A stretch of DNA of 64,000 nucleotides. Source: Rhodosorus marinus CCMP1338 (lineage: Eukaryota > Plantae > Rhodophyta). The notes under the pieces are model-generated. The model did not search any database. It saw only the letters and a list, made by a program, of their open reading frames with translations, and was not told the origin of the DNA. Location of the stretch: NCBI GenBank assembly GCA_029953675.1, contig JAMWBK010000006.1, positions 1,798,001-1,862,000 on the forward strand, given 5' to 3'. Below are positions 1-12,590 of this stretch, one piece after another. Position 1 is the stretch's first letter; each line of letters starts with the position of its first letter. The position numbers and the translations under genes are program-made.

Positions 1-3000
1 AGGCCATACATTAGAACGGATGCGTCTTCGTTGATCTCAGCCTCCCTCTCCTTACGGTCACGTTCCTCCAGTTCCTTTCTCGATGCGCTCTCCTCTTCGA
101 GACGAACGAGTTTCGCGCCCACCTCGGCCATGTTCTGGACCATGTAAGGCATGGCAAAGTCCTTCGCCTGGTGTCTCCAGGAAAGCTCCAGGGCGGTTTC
201 GGGCTTAAAGAATTCGTAACATCCGTACAGTAGTGCGGTGAAGCACTCTCTCCGCCTCTCTTTCAAAAACTGCTCAGCTAGCTGCTCAGCAAGCTCAACG
301 TCCTTACTGACCTTAACCGCCTCAATACAGTCTATGTAAATCTTGTCCTTGGTGCTGATTTCCAAGGCCCGTTCCCATTTGCCCAGCTTTCGATATGCTT
401 TGGTAGCGATTCGGCGCGCTTCCACAAGTCGGTGAGACTCGAGCGTCTTCGCCATGCCTGTAAGGTCAAAGTTGTCATAGCTATCAACTGAAGCGTCAAG
501 TCCCGGAATGTCCTCTTCAGCCAACAAGACGCTGTTGACAGCCTCGTTTATCTCCCGAACGTTCGCGGCCTGCATCTTCAAGAGGTATCCCTTAACCATA
601 GGCAACATCCCCAACTCCGTGAGATTTCCTCCCTTTCTCAGTATCGTAATTGCCCTCGTAGCGTCACATCGGTTTGCCAGCAGGAACATTAGGTCTAGCA
701 GCAAAGTGGGATGCTCATCGATATAGAACTGGATTGCCTTGTACATCGTCTCCATTGATCCTACCCTTGAGACTGTGTCAGAGAACATATCAGGGTTAAA
801 CGCATCTGGGGCATGGTCCATCATGACCCTAGCAGCGTTGTCAAACTCCTCGTATTGGAAGTACAAGTAGGTCGCTTCCAACCACAAGTAAGCCTCCTCG
901 CACGCGGATACGAGTCGCGGGAGATGCGCCTTCTTCCACCACATCTTGACGTAGTCCTCGACCACTTCTTCCTTGTACTTGGTATAAAGCACACCGAGCT
1001 CGGTGAATAAACCTGTATGGGCTTTCTCGTGTACAAGCGCTGAGTCAAGAAGATCAATGACTTCTTCAAAGTAGCCTCGAGACTCGTAGAACGAGACGAC
1101 CTCCATCAGTTCGTTGGGATCTACGACAAGTGGAAGACCACAAATCTTTGCGAGTCTAAACTCCTTCGCCCGAACACAGCCGAAGCAGACAATCTTCCAT
1201 ATAGGCTGCCTGTTCGCCTTCTTCGCACACTCAACTGCCTCGTTGTATTCGCCAAGTTTGACGTAGACCTCAGCAAGGCGGGACCAGTTCTTCAGGATGA
1301 GGAAAAGTATCTTGGCACCAATCCAGATCTCCTCGTCATAGCATCGCTCGGCAACATCTTCAATGTTCGCTTCGTTTTTCCTTGACAAGAATTCTTCCAG
1401 TTCCATGTATTTGCGACACCGGCAGTATCCGTAGACGATCTCCGTATCAACCATCTTCAGATCATCCACCTTCCTTCGTGCTGCCAATAGGTATTTCACG
1501 ACAATACTGTACTCTTCATCCTTGGCGTGCTCAAGCGCAGCCGTAATGACCAGCGCGTATTGCGTTGGGTCCTTGGCCCTCATGAGGCACTTGACACCCT
1601 CCTCGATGACGCCACTTTCAAGCATGGACGTACCCAAAATCGTCCAGACCTCGGGGCGATCCACTTTTGCGGCGTACTCCGATGCCCGATCCCAGTCCTT
1701 GATATGCTTGATGAGGACCTCCATCGCCTCGTCCTCGCGATTGAACTTCTGAAAGATCGCGTATCCTTCTTCATACAGCTCCGCGTCGATGGCAATTTTC
1801 GCGACTTCACCTGCATCGAAGTTGTCAAGTCGATTGACGTACTCCATGACTCTGTCCTTCTCAGTCTTGATGGCAGTAAGTATGAGCAAATTCTGAAGGT
1901 TCTTATTGCGTTTGAACGCTGTACTGCTTGTGTCAACTACGAGCTTCTCAAGTAGCTGCATGAGAACCTCAGGTAGGTCCGCGGTCATGAAAGCCTTCAC
2001 TGCTGACGCAACCTTCTCCGGTTCGGTGACTTCAGGAAGTGCCGTGGATATGATCTGGTCCACAATAAGCTTTCGGAACGCGTTGTTCTCATTCAGCACC
2101 CTTTCCCAGAGGTCATCATTCTGTCGATTGACGACATATATGGCTTGCTCCTTGAACATAGAATTTTTGTTCGTAACAGCGAACAGCTCATCGTCGCAAA
2201 GACCACGTCGATAGGCAACATAAGCAAGGTAAGGGTTCCTCTTCTCGCAAAACTTGCCAACAACGCGGCTGTCGTAGTATGGGTTACTAACGAGGAAGTG
2301 CTCAGCGTTAATGTTGCTCTCCACGTAAACCTTCGCCACACCCGAGTGAACCTCCACATCATTGCTTCCATCCGCAATTTTGGATTCGAGAAACTTGTGG
2401 AGCATCTTCAGCTTTCCGCGCTTCTCCACCTGATCGACTAGCTCTCCGACGGGAACCACATTCTTCACTGAGAGGATGAGCTTGATCAAGTATGCTTCCT
2501 GCACAGTGCCCACGTCGAGAAGCGTTCCCACAACAATTGGGGTTCTCATCTAAGGGAGCAGAACGAAAAACACAAGTCCGAGTTGATGTCAGCTCCCAGC
2601 CATAAGGGGGAACAGTGGATTGCACCATTTTAACTCACCGGGTTCACTCTCTGGACGAAAGCTTCCACGAACTTGCCCATGCTATTCTTCATCATGTAGG
2701 TCACCATTTCGTCGACGTACCCAAACCGATCGCAAACGTTCACCAGCGGTCGTGGATCCTTCAATTTAGATTCCATTAGGAGCTTCTTCACCTTTTGAGG
2801 ATCATAGTAGTTGCTCAGTCTCGTGACCCTTTCCACTTCCGAAAATTGTTGCAGCTTAACCCCGGCGTCAATATACTCATAGTGCACAAACGGATCGTCA
2901 GAGTTGTCAACAATAGCTTGCAAGTAGTAGAACACGGCGTCCTCAATCTTGACCTTTTTGAACACTTCAATGAGCTTCTTCGCGTCCATCTCCCCCGTGT

Positions 3001-5547
3001 ACAATGCGGCAATTCGTACACATAATTTCATGTTTCCTCGCGGATTTGACTTAATCAACTCCTCGATCACCTCCAAAGCGTCCTCGGATCGGAGCTCTCC
3101 AAAGTACCGAACGACAAACTCCTCGTTCAAAAGGTGAGTGTTTGTAATGACCCTCTTCACATCTGCTAGATCAGTGTAATTCTCCAGTGCCAGCTGAAAG
3201 AGTCCTACTCGCTCGCACATCTGGCCAACCTGTGGAACAAGGCATGTCAAACGCTAAGTCAGAAGGAGGCCGAATGGGACAAGGAGCTGATACGGTTTCG
3301 CCTTCATGGATTCTCCAAACCTTTTGAGTATCGTAGAAGTGCCATATGTCCTGGACCAGGATCTGTTCCGCAACCTGAGGCAAGTTCATGAACAGAGAGA
3401 CCAGAATTTTCGTTTGCAGTTTGCCGTCCTCCGCAGTATCGAGAAGGTTGTCCAATGCGTAGTTCGCGGCCTCATTGAGTAGTCCTTTGCTCAAGAACAT
3501 GTTTATCATCTGTTCAACACCTTTCAATTCTTGCTGGCGCCTATCCGACGCGATAACGAGTGCGTTTGCAGCCTGAGCTTGGTTCGCAAGAACCAGAGCT
3601 GCTTTCGGATTATACTGCGAGACTTGGTTGACTAAGTCGATGTGATTGATATCAAGTCCAACTTTCTTCGCATAACTGCTGATCCTAGCAGTCTGGCCGC
3701 TGTCGATCATGCATGCTATTGCCTTCATATGCGACTCCGCTTGGATGTAAACCGCAAGAGCAATCGTCAAGCTCTGTGGTCTGAAAAAGTCTCCGAGCTC
3801 TTCACTGCATTCCATCTTGTCCTCTTTCAACCATTTCTCCATCGACTGCACTTTCCCGCTCCTTTTACGAATATTAAAAAAAATTGGTCAGATCAGTGCC
3901 ATACTGGACTTAGGCTAAGTGGCAGTTGTCTGGAGATGAATCGACTCACTGGGCCATCAAAAACGCTAGCTCAAGAGACTCAGCCTTATTAAGCCTCCCG
4001 CGCTCCAAAATTGTCGTGAAGAAAGTCATCAATGGTGACGGTGATACTCCTCCTTGACTTGCGGCCTTGAATTTGGCGATTGTCTGCGGAGATCTCAGAG
4101 CCCCACCCGGTGCTTCGGCCGCAACAATGGCAGCCTCACGATATCGTTCTTCCTCAAACAGTTCCTCAAATTGATCGACAAAGATGTTTTCCATACCCGG
4201 GAAGGCGTTTTTTGATGCCAATGTCGTCGCCAAGTCCAAATTTTTCAGGGTATGCATAACGTAAGGAACGACCGCTTCTGGAAGAATGCTCAAAAGGAGA
4301 ACTTGCCCTCGCCTGTTCACAAGAAGGAGACCCCCACTAGCTCTATGCTGTATGGACAAAAAAGGCGTAGTGTCCGATACTCGATTCTGGTAAACGCACA
4401 GTCCTGTGTCGGTATTGTACAAGTGAACGTAGCCCATCCTCGTGACCATGTAGATGATGCTGTACTTCGAAGAGACCTGTTATTGTCAAGACAAAAACAC
4501 TCCTGAGCCGGGGCATCCATTCTTCAAAGGAAAAAAGAGTCTACTTACCAGCATTGATACCGGGTGGTCCATCGGCATTTCGGGAGGGTAGAAGATGTCG
4601 CTCTCCTTGGTTTCGAACTTGGGAGCACCTTGTGGTTTGTTCTCATGACCAACCTCGATGATGAAAAGCTTTGAGCCCTTAGCAGTCTTTGTAGCAAACG
4701 CAAAGAGAGTTGTCTCATAACCCTCATAATTCGTTGATATGAAAGTTGCCGCGTGGCCCTCAATTGGCTGCGTCATCCCTTTCTTGACCGAGTACAATTG
4801 AATGTTCCCGTTCACAGACCCATCTTGGCTATGGGTGAAACCAACCAAAGTACACCATTCTGTGTAAAGATGAAGAGAGCAAAATATTAGTGACGGGCCC
4901 AGGCCGTGATCCATGTTGTGGTTGCTATCGTCACTACCATCTCCCTTTGCAACCTTGTACGAAACGATCTGACTGTTCGTGAGATTCGGGTGTCTATCAA
5001 ACACCTTCACGGGTTCTTCGTCGTCATCACATTTCCAGTGATACACCGCGGCAGACGTTACTATGGCTAGAGTTTTCTCATTCGCCCATCGAACGAGAGC
5101 TACACTCTCCGTAGAAACGAACGACTTGATCTTTGCCTTAGCAGTGAGGTCAAACAGCTGCAGTTGACTCCCGGATTGCATGGCCATCACCTTCGTATCA
5201 GGGTTGACGACTACGGAATCCGCCTGAATCGGCCTCCTCACAGGTTTCGTGGGATTATGCGTGTCAACCAGCAAAAGCGAGGGCTGTCCCGTCTCCACGG
5301 ACTTCTCACAAACTGCGACGAACCTATCAGACTCCATCGTCGCCGTCTGAAAGGACAGCGCTCCAGGTTGAACTCCCAGAGAGGTCAACTTTCCGACGAG
5401 AAACACGAGAAGGAGTCACTCAGATTCCTCTTCCTCAAGTAATTGAATCAAGAAAATTGTCAAACGCCCGCTAGCAGGCGAGATCCAGAATCTAAAACTC
5501 ACCGAGAAGGCCTCCTGAAGGCGAATTGGCGCCTTTGCGCCCGCCAT
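1..5547 (-). CDS. CHC: Clathrin heavy chain (multi-exon; C-terminus runs off the left edge)
   Basis: ATG at 5547 gives MAGAKAPIRLQEAFS, then an intron, then LTSLGVQPGALSFQTATMESDRF (terminal beta-propeller). ORFs 4486-5406, 3946-4449, 3171-3851 and 2630-3250 carry clathrin propeller, linker and CHCR repeats (e.g. DPRPLVNVCDRFGYV). The frame stays open to base 1. Confidence 0.97.
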
Positions 5548-6421
5548 GCCACCTCAAAAGAAAAACTTCGAACTCCCCTAAACCACAGCCCACCCCGAGA
5601 TCACCGATCCAACCGAAAAAACACTCCTTTGATCACGATTCCATGCCTTTCGAATGGGCTCAGAGAACCATCAAAATATTCAATACCTTGATCTACCGGA
5701 GCAAATTCGTTCCAAAGCTCTTTCTAGATAAGCCAACCCTCCTCAAGCCCCCCTCTACGCACCCTCCCGAAACCTCCTTCACAACATCTCAGTTCTGAGG
5801 AAACTCAATCGACAGCGAAAAAAAGGAGGGGCGAAAAAAGCACCTCCGCAAGGAATACGCCAAAAGAACTAGAAAGAAAAAGTATACAGTAAAGAATTTC
5901 AGAACGAGACGGAAATATACCTCGCAAGGTTAGAAACAGTTTATCGAAAACAAATTCGCAGCATGTCGAACTTTAGTACAAACTATTCCACCTGATCAGA
6001 AATCGCCAAGAAGCGTATTTCCGTACTATATAAAATACTCCGAAGAATATTCTGCCCCTTGTTTCCCTATAGGGATTGTATTGGATAATTACATAAAGAA
6101 AATATTTAATTAAAAGGACATTTTTGTGTTTTATCGAATGAAAATATCACACGCGTCTATAGGTGCGTGAAATCCCCCCCTCCTATAGAATTGTCTCTTA
6201 ACCTGTACTATTGAGCAGACCCAGCTAAATACGAGGTTTGATGCGTTTTCTTTTTAAAATGAAGAAAAATCAATAGGTTGCTTATTTCTGTGGGGTTTCT
6301 CGCTTTCTTGCGGAACTGAAGATCGGGTTAATTTTATGTAAAGTTTTAGCTGAACGTTTCGGGACATTTTCCTACTGTGGCGTTGGGACAGGCGCAAAGT
6401 TTGGGACAAAATCGTTTGTGG

Positions 6422-6471
6422 GCCATCTGTCGGAAGACGCTGCGAAGCCATCTGTCGGAAGACGCTGCGAA
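6422..6471. repeat. Perfect 25-bp tandem duplication (GCCATCTGTCGGAAGACGCTGCGAA x2)
   Basis: Two identical adjacent copies at 6422-6446 and 6447-6471. Confidence 0.9.
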
Positions 6472-6977
6472 GTCGTCGGCAGAACTTCTGCTGGTCATGA
6501 GAACAGAGCCAGTGGAGTTTGAAATATCGCGCTTTCTTCCCACCCCATAGCGAGCTCTCGCAGAGAATCGACGGGTGCTTTCGGTTCTCTCTGTTTTTGG
6601 GGGAGCTACTTCGTTCGGAAACTGGAAAGGATGTTGCGGCCGAACATAATGTGGACTGACCTAGCAGCGGAAGGGTCACCAGGAGTCGGACATTGGCCAT
6701 CAATCGAATTTCATTCCAATGGAAACAGCTTGAAGCGGGCGACTCGTAAGTTCTGGGTGCTTGCCTCCTGTTCCCAGCTGAGGAAACTCCCGCGAGCTGG
6801 TCAGCTCTTACGTATGGCTCTAGTTGATCCTGAAAACTTGAAGTGTTGTACAGGAGTAGCCTTTGCTGTACTCGATATGGTGTGTTTTACATCATCGAGA
6901 AGTCGGAGATCTTCACCTATGGCTGATGACGTTTCGGTGGATACTTAGAATTACAAGTCACTGATCCGCTGATTTTG

Positions 6978-7689
6978 CTACGACAAGCTCCAATCATCAT
7001 CGTCGTCTGTGGTTTCTAGCCCATATTCCATCACCTCCTCGGGCTTTCTGAGTCCCGCCGGAGAAACAACATCCGACAATTCAACTTTCTCACCGTGCTG
7101 CCAGATCGACTCAGGGTCGTAAAACTTGCGTTGTTCCTCGGAAAATACGTGAACCATCAAATCGCCATAGTCCAGAAGGAGCCAGCCACTTGCCGGGTTT
7201 CCGGGAATGCCGTATCTCGTCGTCATCCCATGCACCTCCTTCAGCCTCTCTTCGACCTGTAACCGCCAAAATGGAAAGTAAGCGAGCCCATCTCCAACAC
7301 CATGGTTGTTATCACTAGTGGCAAGGACGGCTTACAAGGTTCGTTATTGCGCGTAACTGTGGCGCACTTCCTCCAGATATATATAAGAAAAACGTTGTAA
7401 CGCAGGTAAGCTTGGCCACCCGCAAAGCCACAATATTCCTACCTTTCCTCTCATCCGCCGCCTCGGCAGCAGTTTTCACAATCGGGGTGAACTCATCCTC
7501 CTCCAAAGGCGGAGGTGTCCATCCCATGAAATCCATTTCAGTTGGAATATACTCAGTCACAGGGGTTTCCCACGTGTTCTTCTTCTTCTTACCACGCGCA
7601 ATGGACTTCTTTCTCTGCCCACACGCGCTCGCGTGATTCCTCGACAGCTCCTGACACAAATGTCCAGCGTGGAGTCCTACAAAAGCCAT
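6978..7689 (-). CDS. rsfS: Iojap/RsfS ribosome silencing factor, probably plastid-targeted (2 exons)
   Basis: MAFV-type N-terminus. Motifs AADERKGRNIVALRVAKLTCVTTFFLYISGGSAPQLRAI and SGWLLLDYGDLMVHVFSEEQRKFYDPESIW match the RsfS family. Confidence 0.92.
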
Positions 7690-8871
7690 GACAATTTAAT
7701 AATAAAAGACCCCCCCGTTCACAACCCAAATCAAAATCGAGAAACAAATGAGGAAAGCGAACGTGGTCTTTGATACTACTTCGCCCATCCCCGTCCCGAA
7801 CTCAAGTTCTTAAGAGCGACTAATATTGCATTCACGTGCCATCGACAGCTGCCAGTGAGGTTTTGGAGGACAAGCGGGAGCCTCCTCGAGCGGGAGGACA
7901 GGGTAATTTTCCGCTAGAAAGTTTTCATTTCAATACGATCGACAAGCTGGTACCCATCTCATAGATAAGCAACTCTGTTCATATCTCTGCGGAGGGTGGA
8001 AACGCCTATCCTTGGGAGACATCTTGATGACACCCGGTGAGATTCTCTTCCAGGGCGACTGTCGTCCAGAACAAAAAAAAACTAAATAGCTCAATAGCTG
8101 ATAGGTACGTTGTTGTGACGATAGCTATAGCTCCAAAGTAGCTCTAAATTCTCTACCAGAGCCTGTCCCAAGACAAGCACCACCAATCCACCCGTTCCAA
8201 ACGCCGAAAAGCCTCTGCGCATGTGCGCACCATCTCAAAATAAGAGCTAAAATAAGGAAAATACAATCTCATTCTCGTCGGCCGGAACGTTAAAATGGCT
8301 TTCTGTTTGGTTGAAGAAAAAAGTCCACCGAAAATTTTATTCTTAATCTCGGGATTGAATGTGATTCTCAATCAAAATAATTGGCGCAAATGATTGATCC
8401 TTGGGTTGTACTAGGAGCTTGAATTGTACTAATATGCCACTAGCGGGCGCCAGGTTCGTTTTTGGCGATCGGTGCCCTCTCGTCTTTCAACAGAACTTCT
8501 ATGCTTGGTAGGGAAGAGCAGTGGAGGACAGATTCTGTTATTGGCACTGGTATTCAAAGCTGAACCGAATCCAGTTTTTTTGGTACTATTTCCATTTATA
8601 AATGACCGCGCTCAACCCCTCCCGTAGTTTTGCGTCGTGCTACGGAGATGGCTTGCGCATAGAATTTGCGCGTACTTGTTTTCTGCGTATGCTGCTATGT
8701 ACTCCGTATTATTCGTGCTTGATGTTTGATTCAGTTCTTCAACCGGTGAATCTGTCAATTGTTCTCCAGAATATGTATGTAGCGTTTCTGCATCGCGGCC
8801 AAGGTGAATAGGATGGCTTCAACTGGAACTGGCCCCGCAAGAAGACATGGAATGATCAATGACAAACTTCC

Positions 8872-10433
8872 TCAAGGAGCGCCATCGGTATTCTCTACTG
8901 GAACCTCCAACGGAGCCTCCTTTATGACCGTGTACACAACAGTTCCACCAACAACGATTGTCGTCGCTATTACAACGAAAGCCACGGAATATGGTGAATC
9001 GAATTCATCTGTATCCTTGCTACCGGACTTTATAGCCCTATAATAGTCACCAAGTAGAGCGATTCAGTTGAAGGGCGCGTTCGAAGAACAAAAGCAGACG
9101 TCAACTGTGGTGCAACATACCGTCTTCTTGAATAGAATTTTGAGAGTCCATGCAGGACCACCATCAAAGCAAAAACCCAAGAAAATATGAGAAGAATCAA
9201 TGTCTCAGGCCCATCAGAGGAGAAAAACTTCAGAAGCCAAGTTCCGAAGCCACCAATCTGTAGCCCGGTGAACAGCCACTTGAACCAAGTGCGTTCTGTT
9301 TGCAAACCACTCTTGATTTCATCTCCTTTTGAAACTAACTTGACGTCTCCCTCCACGGTTCCATAGTCACCAATAGGCTCTCCTGAAGGACCAACGAAAG
9401 GCATTCGAAGGCTCAGCTTTGACAGGCCGGTTCGACAAGAAGTCCGAAGACGAAATGGATTTTGTATTCTCTTGGTGGCCAACGACGCTTACCTTCAGCA
9501 ATTTCAATCGCTTCTGCCATCCTCTCAGAGAAAGGCCTTCAATGAGCAGCTCTTGCCTTAATGGATTCACACTAGACTCGTTTAACCCCCTGCCAAGCGC
9601 CCGCTACAGTACCCATTCAGAACAATCCATTCGTGATCGACATAAACTGCAAAAAGGGGAACAGCTTCGGTTTAAGGAAAGGTGACCTCGATTGGTATAG
9701 TAGTCTTTCCTTGTCTGCAACTCAGTAAGCTAGTCAGCAAAGAACCGAAAGGGGAACTGAAGCTAGAGTTTTTTGACGAGAAACCGTGCAGCCTGGAAGG
9801 TACCTCGCGCAGGAAATGTAGAGGTTCAGCACATGACTGCGGATGCTCGGACCCCTCCATAGGTCTCGACGATATCCTTCGAGATCGTGGTCAATGCCGC
9901 GGTTTAAACGTGCAACGGTGCTCAAATGCACATTCTTATCGCGATTGGATGGACTGTTTATGGGAGCAGCCTAAGAGGCAAAGCGCGGCCGCACGGCGGT
10001 TTTAAACGTGTAGCCTGAGCTTTCCCAATCAGACAGAAGATCTGCAGACGGCTTGGTCCCGCCAAGATCCGTGTTCAAGGTGCTCGCAAAGTCTTCAGCT
10101 CTGGAGTCGTGCGGATGAAGCGTTCATACCATGTTCTTTCCATTGTGAGAAAGCTCTTCTCAGTCTTACGCTTCTAAAATCGGGTGAAGGACCAATGCCA
10201 CTCGATCCCTAAGGCGTGTGTTTCACGAGTGTGGGATGATCAAGCCTATAATACCCTCTAAAACGCAATCCCCTGCATTGGAACCCGAGCCCAGTTTCCA
10301 ATACAAGCGGGAAAGCTTGTTCAATGGAGCAACGGTTTCTGCTGGTAGTTGATGCTTTTATAATTTTTGTAAGATATAAGTTGGCGATGTATACTATAGG
10401 CCCTTGACTTTTCCCCTCGACGCCGTTTTGCAT
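8872..10433 (-). CDS. DUF202/VTC1-like three-TM membrane protein with an unresolved multi-exon N-terminal region
   Basis: LQTERTWFKWLFTGLQIGGFG resembles the VTC/DUF202 ERTFLSW motif and is followed by two TM helices. After an intron, the last exon RAIKSGSKDTDEFDSPYSVAFVVIATTIVVGGTVVYTVI holds the third TM and stops at 8872. The 5' exon structure and start are uncertain. Confidence 0.6.
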
Positions 10434-10730
10434 CGAAAACAAGTCACCTTCGCTTTTTCTTTTGATGCAGTATGAAGAGAAAAAACAAAAATACCCTTCC
10501 ACAGCTCCACAGTTTCACAGTTTATATTTCAGTCTTCGCAGTTTTTGTATTCTTCACAGTTTTCTCCGTCTTCTCAATTTTCAGTTCTTTGCAGTTCTCG
10601 AACTTTTCAGTTTTTTGGCAGTCTTCGCGATTTTCCGTTTCGCAACAGTCGTTCGCATAAGTACAAGCTGATTACATTAATTTGTGTTCATGTCCTACTA
10701 GTTCTTCCTCCATCCTCGGGTACTCCTCGA

Positions 10731-11988
10731 TTATGCAATAGCCGGGGTAGAGAGTAGCTGCCTCTTGCGACCAGTCCTCAAGTCCACTATGCCACTCTCA
10801 TAATCCAGTTTTTCCTTGAGGTCTCTGACCCGAACCATCGCGGTCGGATCAAGCAAGCTGATCGCGCTCGTGGCCCCGTGGTGTGATGCGTATCCACGTC
10901 CATTCAAGGCCTTTACCCTTTGCAAAGGAGGCCCGGCAAAACCAATCGTCTCCACGAGAGTTTCCAATTCATGCTCCATGGCGACGTTTGCGCATACTTT
11001 GACGGCCGTTACAAATTCTCTGTACGGAGCCTTGCAAGCTGGGTGATCGAAGACCGCTGGTTCATCAGCAAGATGCGCTTCCTGCGAGTATGAGAATCCA
11101 GGACAAATATGAACGTCAGGACCCAATCACAAAAAAGATGCCACGAATTCATATACAACGCTTACAATATCTTGCATTCTCTCTGGGTGAAATTGTAGAC
11201 CCACGATGAACTTGCCAGCGCTGATATCATAACATTCAGGGTCATAATAACCTTCAACCAATCCGTCCGGCGCAAGCGCGAGCGGGCGGAACCTGGGAGC
11301 AAGGGTTTTAATCCCACAGTGGTGATAGCTATTTACCATTGCCTCAGTGCTTCCAAACCAGTCCTCCAAAGGAGTTTCGCGCTCGATATGAATTGAATGG
11401 CGATGACCATCGTAGTTAGCTGCGTCGTAGTGGACTACCTCATCTCCCAGCTGAGTCTCCACGTCCAGGTAAAGATCTCCACCATATACAACGTTCAAAA
11501 TTTGACTTCCTCGGCAAATAGCAAGTACCGGCAGTCCACGTTCGACACAGGTTCTAACGAGCTCCATCTCGAGCTTATCCTTCACCGGATCTACAAGCGT
11601 ATCCCCGCTGAATTTTGCTTGAACCTTTGCTCGTTCCTGGGGGTTTAGGCTGCTGTAGTCGCTGTTGTACGACTCCGGCTGAACATCTTCGCCTTCTACC
11701 AGAAGAAGTCCATGGAAGGGCTCAAAAGCTTCCAAATGCTTCGCAATCCCTTCCACCCTCGGAACGATCACTGGCACCGCTCCGTACTCAAGAACTAAGT
11801 TCAGGTGGAACTCCCCAACAAAATCCACGTACTTGTCCTTTCGAACAGTTCGTCTGCTGACCTACATCCACGCATAGTACGTTCAAAGACGATTATGTGT
11901 CAGTAAATATGCCGAACCACAGCAACTATAGCTTTTGTAGAATACTCACAATCAGCACCCTGGGCATGACTGGACTCGCCGACCGCAT
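10731..11988 (-). CDS. Class I glutamine amidotransferase / peptidase C26, plant GAT1_2.1-like (3 exons)
   Basis: Spliced start [33 protein letters not shown] matches the plant GAT1_2.1 N-terminus. Catalytic motifs AICRG and QFHPE are present. Confidence 0.92.
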
Positions 11989-12444
11989 CTTGGCCTATAG
12001 CTCAAAACGATGATCAAACACCGAAACGATCAAGAAACTGAGCGTCAAAACTCTTCAAAACCGGCTTCCCACACACCCTCGGAGAACCCAATCCTCTATT
12101 GACGATATAAACTTACAACTTATACAAACTTGTCTTCCTCCACAACCTCTTTCGCATATCCTCTGCACCAACACTTCCGCCTTCGTCCGCCCCCAGGGCT
12201 GCCTTATATAATATCCCTCAATTGCTGTTTTCCGGAACCCTATTAGTAAAGTATTTTGGATGACCTACTGACGCCCCCCCTTTTGAAAAGATTTCAATTG
12301 ATCTTGACCCATCCAAGATTTTGATAATGTTCCTATTTTACATATTTCCAGTAATATCTATATCCTCGTGGACACCCCCCCTTTAAAATGTGGGAAGGTT
12401 TAGCGACTATCGAGATACAATTCCGTATGGCACTCCACTTCACC

Positions 12445-12590
12445 ATTGGTTCGGTTGTTGCGGAATACAGCCAATTGAAGCACGTCGTCATTCTATTTCT
12501 TCCACCATTGGCTAACATCTCGCTCGTTGATTTTGAAATGTGCTTGATTGGCGTTACTCTAACTGGATTGGATTCTAACATAATCATTGG
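12445..12590 (-). promoter_or_regulatory. Cluster of CCAAT boxes upstream of the GAT gene
   Basis: ATTGG at 12445, 12507, 12547, 12567 and 12586, plus CCAAT at 12471, all within 146 bp. Confidence 0.4.
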
